A stretch of 14,008 bases of DNA, from assembly GCA_965233585.1 (NCBI GenBank), contig CBDDTI010000573.1, forward strand, positions 1-14,008. The letters run 5' to 3'. The notes beneath the pieces are model-generated. The model was given only the letters and a program-made list of their open reading frames with translations. It had not been told where the DNA came from and did no database searches. Below are positions 12,001-14,008 of the stretch, in pieces. Within the stretch, counting starts at the first letter, position 1; each line of letters opens with the position of its first letter. The DNA comes from a bacterium (GTDB taxonomy: Bacteria > SAR324 > NAC60-12). A program made the position numbers and the translations under genes.

Positions 12001-13628
12001 CAAGTCTACCTCGATCATTGGTGATATTGAATTCATTTTGTAGACTTCTCTCATCTCCTGGTACTCTGATGACATAATTAATGTCTACATCAGAGGTATT
12101 TGTCAAATACACTGTCTTAATAGCTGGGAACTTATATGAAACTTGCCCAAAATCGATAACTTCATCTGAAAATTTGAAAGTAGGTGCCACTACGTGACCT
12201 TTGAAGGTGAGTGAGAGCATTTCAACACTGCCTTCCAATGCCCATCTGAATGTTTCTGAGAATTCACCAAGTATATCACTCTTGAAAGCCACATCAATAA
12301 TATCACTTTGGTCTTCAGTGACTCCAAGTTTACCTTCAGTTTTAGAGAAGTGGAACTTCGACCCAAATGGTGTTTCATAAGGAATCAGTTTATAATAGCA
12401 GGTGATGTCACCTTTGTTCTCAATAGCAATTTTATACTCCTGTTCAGAATTAACGAAGATGTCTCCGATATCCCACTCTTTTATTGATAGAGCAGCCTTG
12501 GGCCCAATACCTTGTCCAGTCAGGTTGAGTGGCAGTCTTTCTTCAGAGCAAGTTATGTTACAGAATGCAGTACAAGAATAGTGAAGGGGTCCTTGTGGCT
12601 TAAATGTAACACAGCAAGTGATCTCAGTATTTGGCCACAATTTTCCTTGAAGTGGTTCAATGTTGAATATTTCATCTTGGAAAAGCATCAGATCTTCTTC
12701 AACTGCTTTTCTAATTGACTGATATTTCCTCGCTAATGTAGTTATAGCCTTTGTTTGTGCTCGTTCTTGCTTTCTGTTGAGCTCATCTTCATCATAAGAG
12801 TCGTCACTATCTAGGGATTCTGCAACTGACTCTTCAAGGTTGGATTCTTCTAAAATCATCCTTTCTTCAGATTCTTCGTCATTAAGTTGTGCAATCAGTT
12901 GGGATTTCTTCTTATTTTCTTCAACTTCAGTTTGGAAGGCTCTCCAAGAGAACTCAACTGGCACACTACTCTTATTCACTATATTGAAGTACTGATGAGA
13001 GTAGAGAGTGATGTAAGTGTCTTCCATATGTAGATGGTTCTTGCTTAAGTACACATTGTCATTGTGACTTTCTCCATAAATTTGAATGGCTGCTTCTAAA
13101 TTATCATATCATAGCATTAGCTCTTCCTTATATGGCCTGCTTTCTTGAGGAATGAACTGGAACACAAGCTGGTCACTATCTCCAACCTCCAGAATACCTT
13201 CAGTTTTGTCAACTTTGAATCCATCAGGAACTTTGATATGCCATTTAGTTGTTTTCTCACCTATATTTCTGACCATTACTGGCTTCTCTGCGATATGCTT
13301 TACTGGCACAAGTCCGAAATCAAGTGCGTCAGGGAAATCAAGCATCGACCTATATCCGACAGCTCTTATAGGAACAATGAATTTTTCCCTTTCAGTGACA
13401 ATCATCAAATCATATGAATAATCCATTTTAGTCTCTGGAGAGAATTTGATGACATAAGAAATCTCCATTCCTGGGGCAACACGACAGCTCATGTTGTCAG
13501 TATCAGAAGGTTTGGTTACCTTCTGATTGCCCTTAATTTTTAACTTGTTCTTCTTAGATGGGTAGACTTGAAATAGTTTGGAATCTGGTGGAATGATCTT
13601 CACTCAACGAGCTACCTTATCCTTGTTT
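1..13628 (-). CDS. HYDIN: HYDIN (axonemal central-pair apparatus protein), main exon, 3'-partial; one continuous frame containing six in-frame TGA sense codons
   Basis: ORFs 13109-13603, 10805-13054, 9560-10756, 5702-9493 and 722-5644 are all in one frame (lower coordinate mod 3 = 2) and each ends at TGA. The gaps translate as continuous protein (YDNLEAAIQIYGESHNDN; VGEFIGPQLEYSDPKL; EKLLDKQEVAQAKTAIKFNDTK; FESKKEFKLKTTQTTSDIK). Bases 721-2 continue stop-free (ETHFTVTFLNEQTGEYIFF...TAPQPQGPFKI). Motifs I recognise as HYDIN: VTEREKFIVPIRAVG, FGCILNDT, CSVDGGPDY, WDDSM, FKPTLMFQTR, NWLKTPQRF, PQPQGPF, plus many DFG...N.G...P..G.L.P....I.V.F.P ASH/Ig-like repeats. Confidence 0.95.
722..724 (-). 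other. In-frame TGA #6 (context FLSYKA*ETHF)
   Basis: Minus strand AAA GCA TGA GAA ACA; 240 further stop-free codons follow to the window edge. Confidence 0.92.
5702..5704 (-). other. In-frame TGA #5 (context KDIIV*FESKK)
   Basis: Minus strand ATT GTG TGA TTT GAA; lies inside an ASH-repeat beta-strand motif. Confidence 0.92.
6880..7720 (-). other. E/K-rich low-complexity, coiled-coil/disordered central segment of HYDIN (boundaries approximate)
   Basis: Translation such as ELTEEEKKELEDKKRQAEEEERAKKLKEEEDKRR and EGEGEEKKAEADESKKEE; appears as ttc/ctt-rich DNA on the + strand. Confidence 0.75.
7790..8235 (-). other. HYDIN adenylate-kinase-like P-loop domain (boundaries approximate)
   Basis: SVILFGPEKCGKST (Walker A GxxxxGKS/T at 8189-8215) and DCNAGIIFD (GIIFD at 7895-7909), in the central position expected for the Hydin ADK-like domain. 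Confidence 0.75.
9560..9562 (-). other. In-frame TGA #4 (context DRLKL*EKLL)
   Basis: Minus strand AAA TTA TGA GAA AAG. Confidence 0.92.
10805..10807 (-). other. In-frame TGA #3 (context YKTT*VGEFIGP)
   Basis: Minus strand ACA ACT TGA GTT GGA. Confidence 0.92.
13109..13111 (-). other. In-frame TGA #2 (context EELML*YDNL)
   Basis: Minus strand ATG CTA TGA TAT GAT. Confidence 0.92.
13604..13606 (-). other. In-frame TGA #1 (context KVAR*VKIIPP)
   Basis: Minus strand GCT CGT TGA GTG AAG; coding sequence continues on both sides. Confidence 0.9.
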
Positions 13629-13872
13629 CTATACCAATAGAGTCAGATTATTCAATCAGGTTTAAAAGAGACAAACTCAAGAAGTAAGAGCATTCCCATA
13701 TAGGTTTAACAAATTGCCTAATTCTTTCTACTGCATAAGCAATGATTGAGCCAAGATGCATCTTCCCTAGTTCAAAAGAACACAAAAAAGAAGTAAACAC
13801 TAAAATAAAAATTCTTATAATTTTAATCGAAAGACTTAGGATAAATCCTCGACTAAGTTTGAATTTAAATAC
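13629..13872 (-). other. Spliceosomal GT-AG intron, 244 nt, phase 2 (splits an Arg AG|A codon)
   Basis: Minus strand: exon ...CTA AG|GTATTTAAA ... TAATCTGACTCTATTGGTATAG|A AAC AAG. It is AT/pyrimidine-rich, a TAA follows the donor in the exon frame, and removal restores the frame. Confidence 0.87.
13642..13646 (-). promoter_or_regulatory. Candidate intron branch point CTGAC (branch A at 13643)
   Basis: Matches the CTRAY consensus, 14 nt upstream of the last intron base. Confidence 0.55.
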
Positions 13873-14008
13873 CTTAGCTTTAAAATTTGCTCCTTAGTCT
13901 GTAATTCTTCATAATTGGTGAACTGGATGACATGAGGTTCTGGTTGGAACAAGGGTTCATCAACAGTCACTTGGGACTCAGTATAAATAGAGTTGTCCCC
14001 AATATTCA
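13873..14008 (-). CDS. HYDIN: HYDIN upstream coding exon, 5'-partial (not in the ORF track)
   Basis: Reverse complement reads NIGDNSIYTESQVTVDEPLFQPEPHVIQFTNYEELQTKEQILKL, then AG|GT. This resembles the HYDIN N-terminal D..LFQP.P..I.F.NY motif as I recall it. Splicing to 13628 gives an in-frame ...LKLRNKDKVAR. Confidence 0.88.

Noticed and set aside
480..13421. Numerous short plus-strand ORFs and alternate-frame minus-strand ORFs (61-135 aa)
   Set aside because: Antisense or off-frame shadows of the HYDIN CDS; the F/S/L-rich translations mirror E/K codons, and no recognisable domains are present.
722..13603. Five separate genes or an operon of large Ig-domain proteins, as the ORF track suggests
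   Set aside because: All are co-framed, the gaps are coding, the breaks fall mid-domain, and domain order matches a single HYDIN.
722..13606. Selenocysteine or programmed stop-codon readthrough at the TGAs
   Set aside because: No redox-type CxxU context, no CAR-YYA or CUAG readthrough context (next codons are GTG, TAT, GTT, GAA, TTT, GAA), and six serial leaky stops would abolish full-length product. The 3' UTR, where a SECIS would lie, is outside the window.
1..13628. HYDIN pseudogene with nonsense mutations
   Set aside because: Random decay should also yield TAA/TAG stops and frameshifts; none occur in about 4,540 codons and the motifs are intact. Pure CGA->TGA decay is not strictly excluded but is much less likely than recoding.
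13648..13761. 37-codon ORF inside the intron (MHLGSIIAYAVERIRQFVKPIWECSYFLSLSLLNLIE)
   Set aside because: Short, out of frame with HYDIN, no recognisable similarity; expected by chance.
13629..13872. The insert as a TA-flanked germline IES rather than an intron
   Set aside because: Excision between the nearest TA dinucleotides gives a frameshift or stop, whereas GT-AG splicing restores the frame exactly and a branch-point motif is present.
13997..14004. ccccaata as a C4A4 telomere remnant
   Set aside because: Single imperfect unit lying within the coding exon (NIGD).

Overview
The whole window is one minus-strand eukaryotic gene: a HYDIN orthologue (giant central-pair axonemal protein of tandem ASH/Ig-like domains plus an adenylate-kinase-like P-loop domain), truncated at both window edges. 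The five long minus-strand ORFs in the track, the gaps between them and bases 1-721 share one reading frame. That frame is broken only by six TGA codons (13604, 13109, 10805, 9560, 5702, 722), with no in-frame TAA/TAG and no frameshift over about 4,540 codons. UGA is therefore very probably a sense codon while UAA/UAG remain stops, which fits a ciliate with the euplotid code (table 10, UGA=Cys). The amino acid cannot be proven here, and some sites look Arg-like. A single 244-nt GT-AG intron (13629-13872) joins an upstream exon missed by the ORF track, giving about 4,587 codons in the window. No RNA genes, mobile elements, CRISPR arrays or telomeric repeats were seen.
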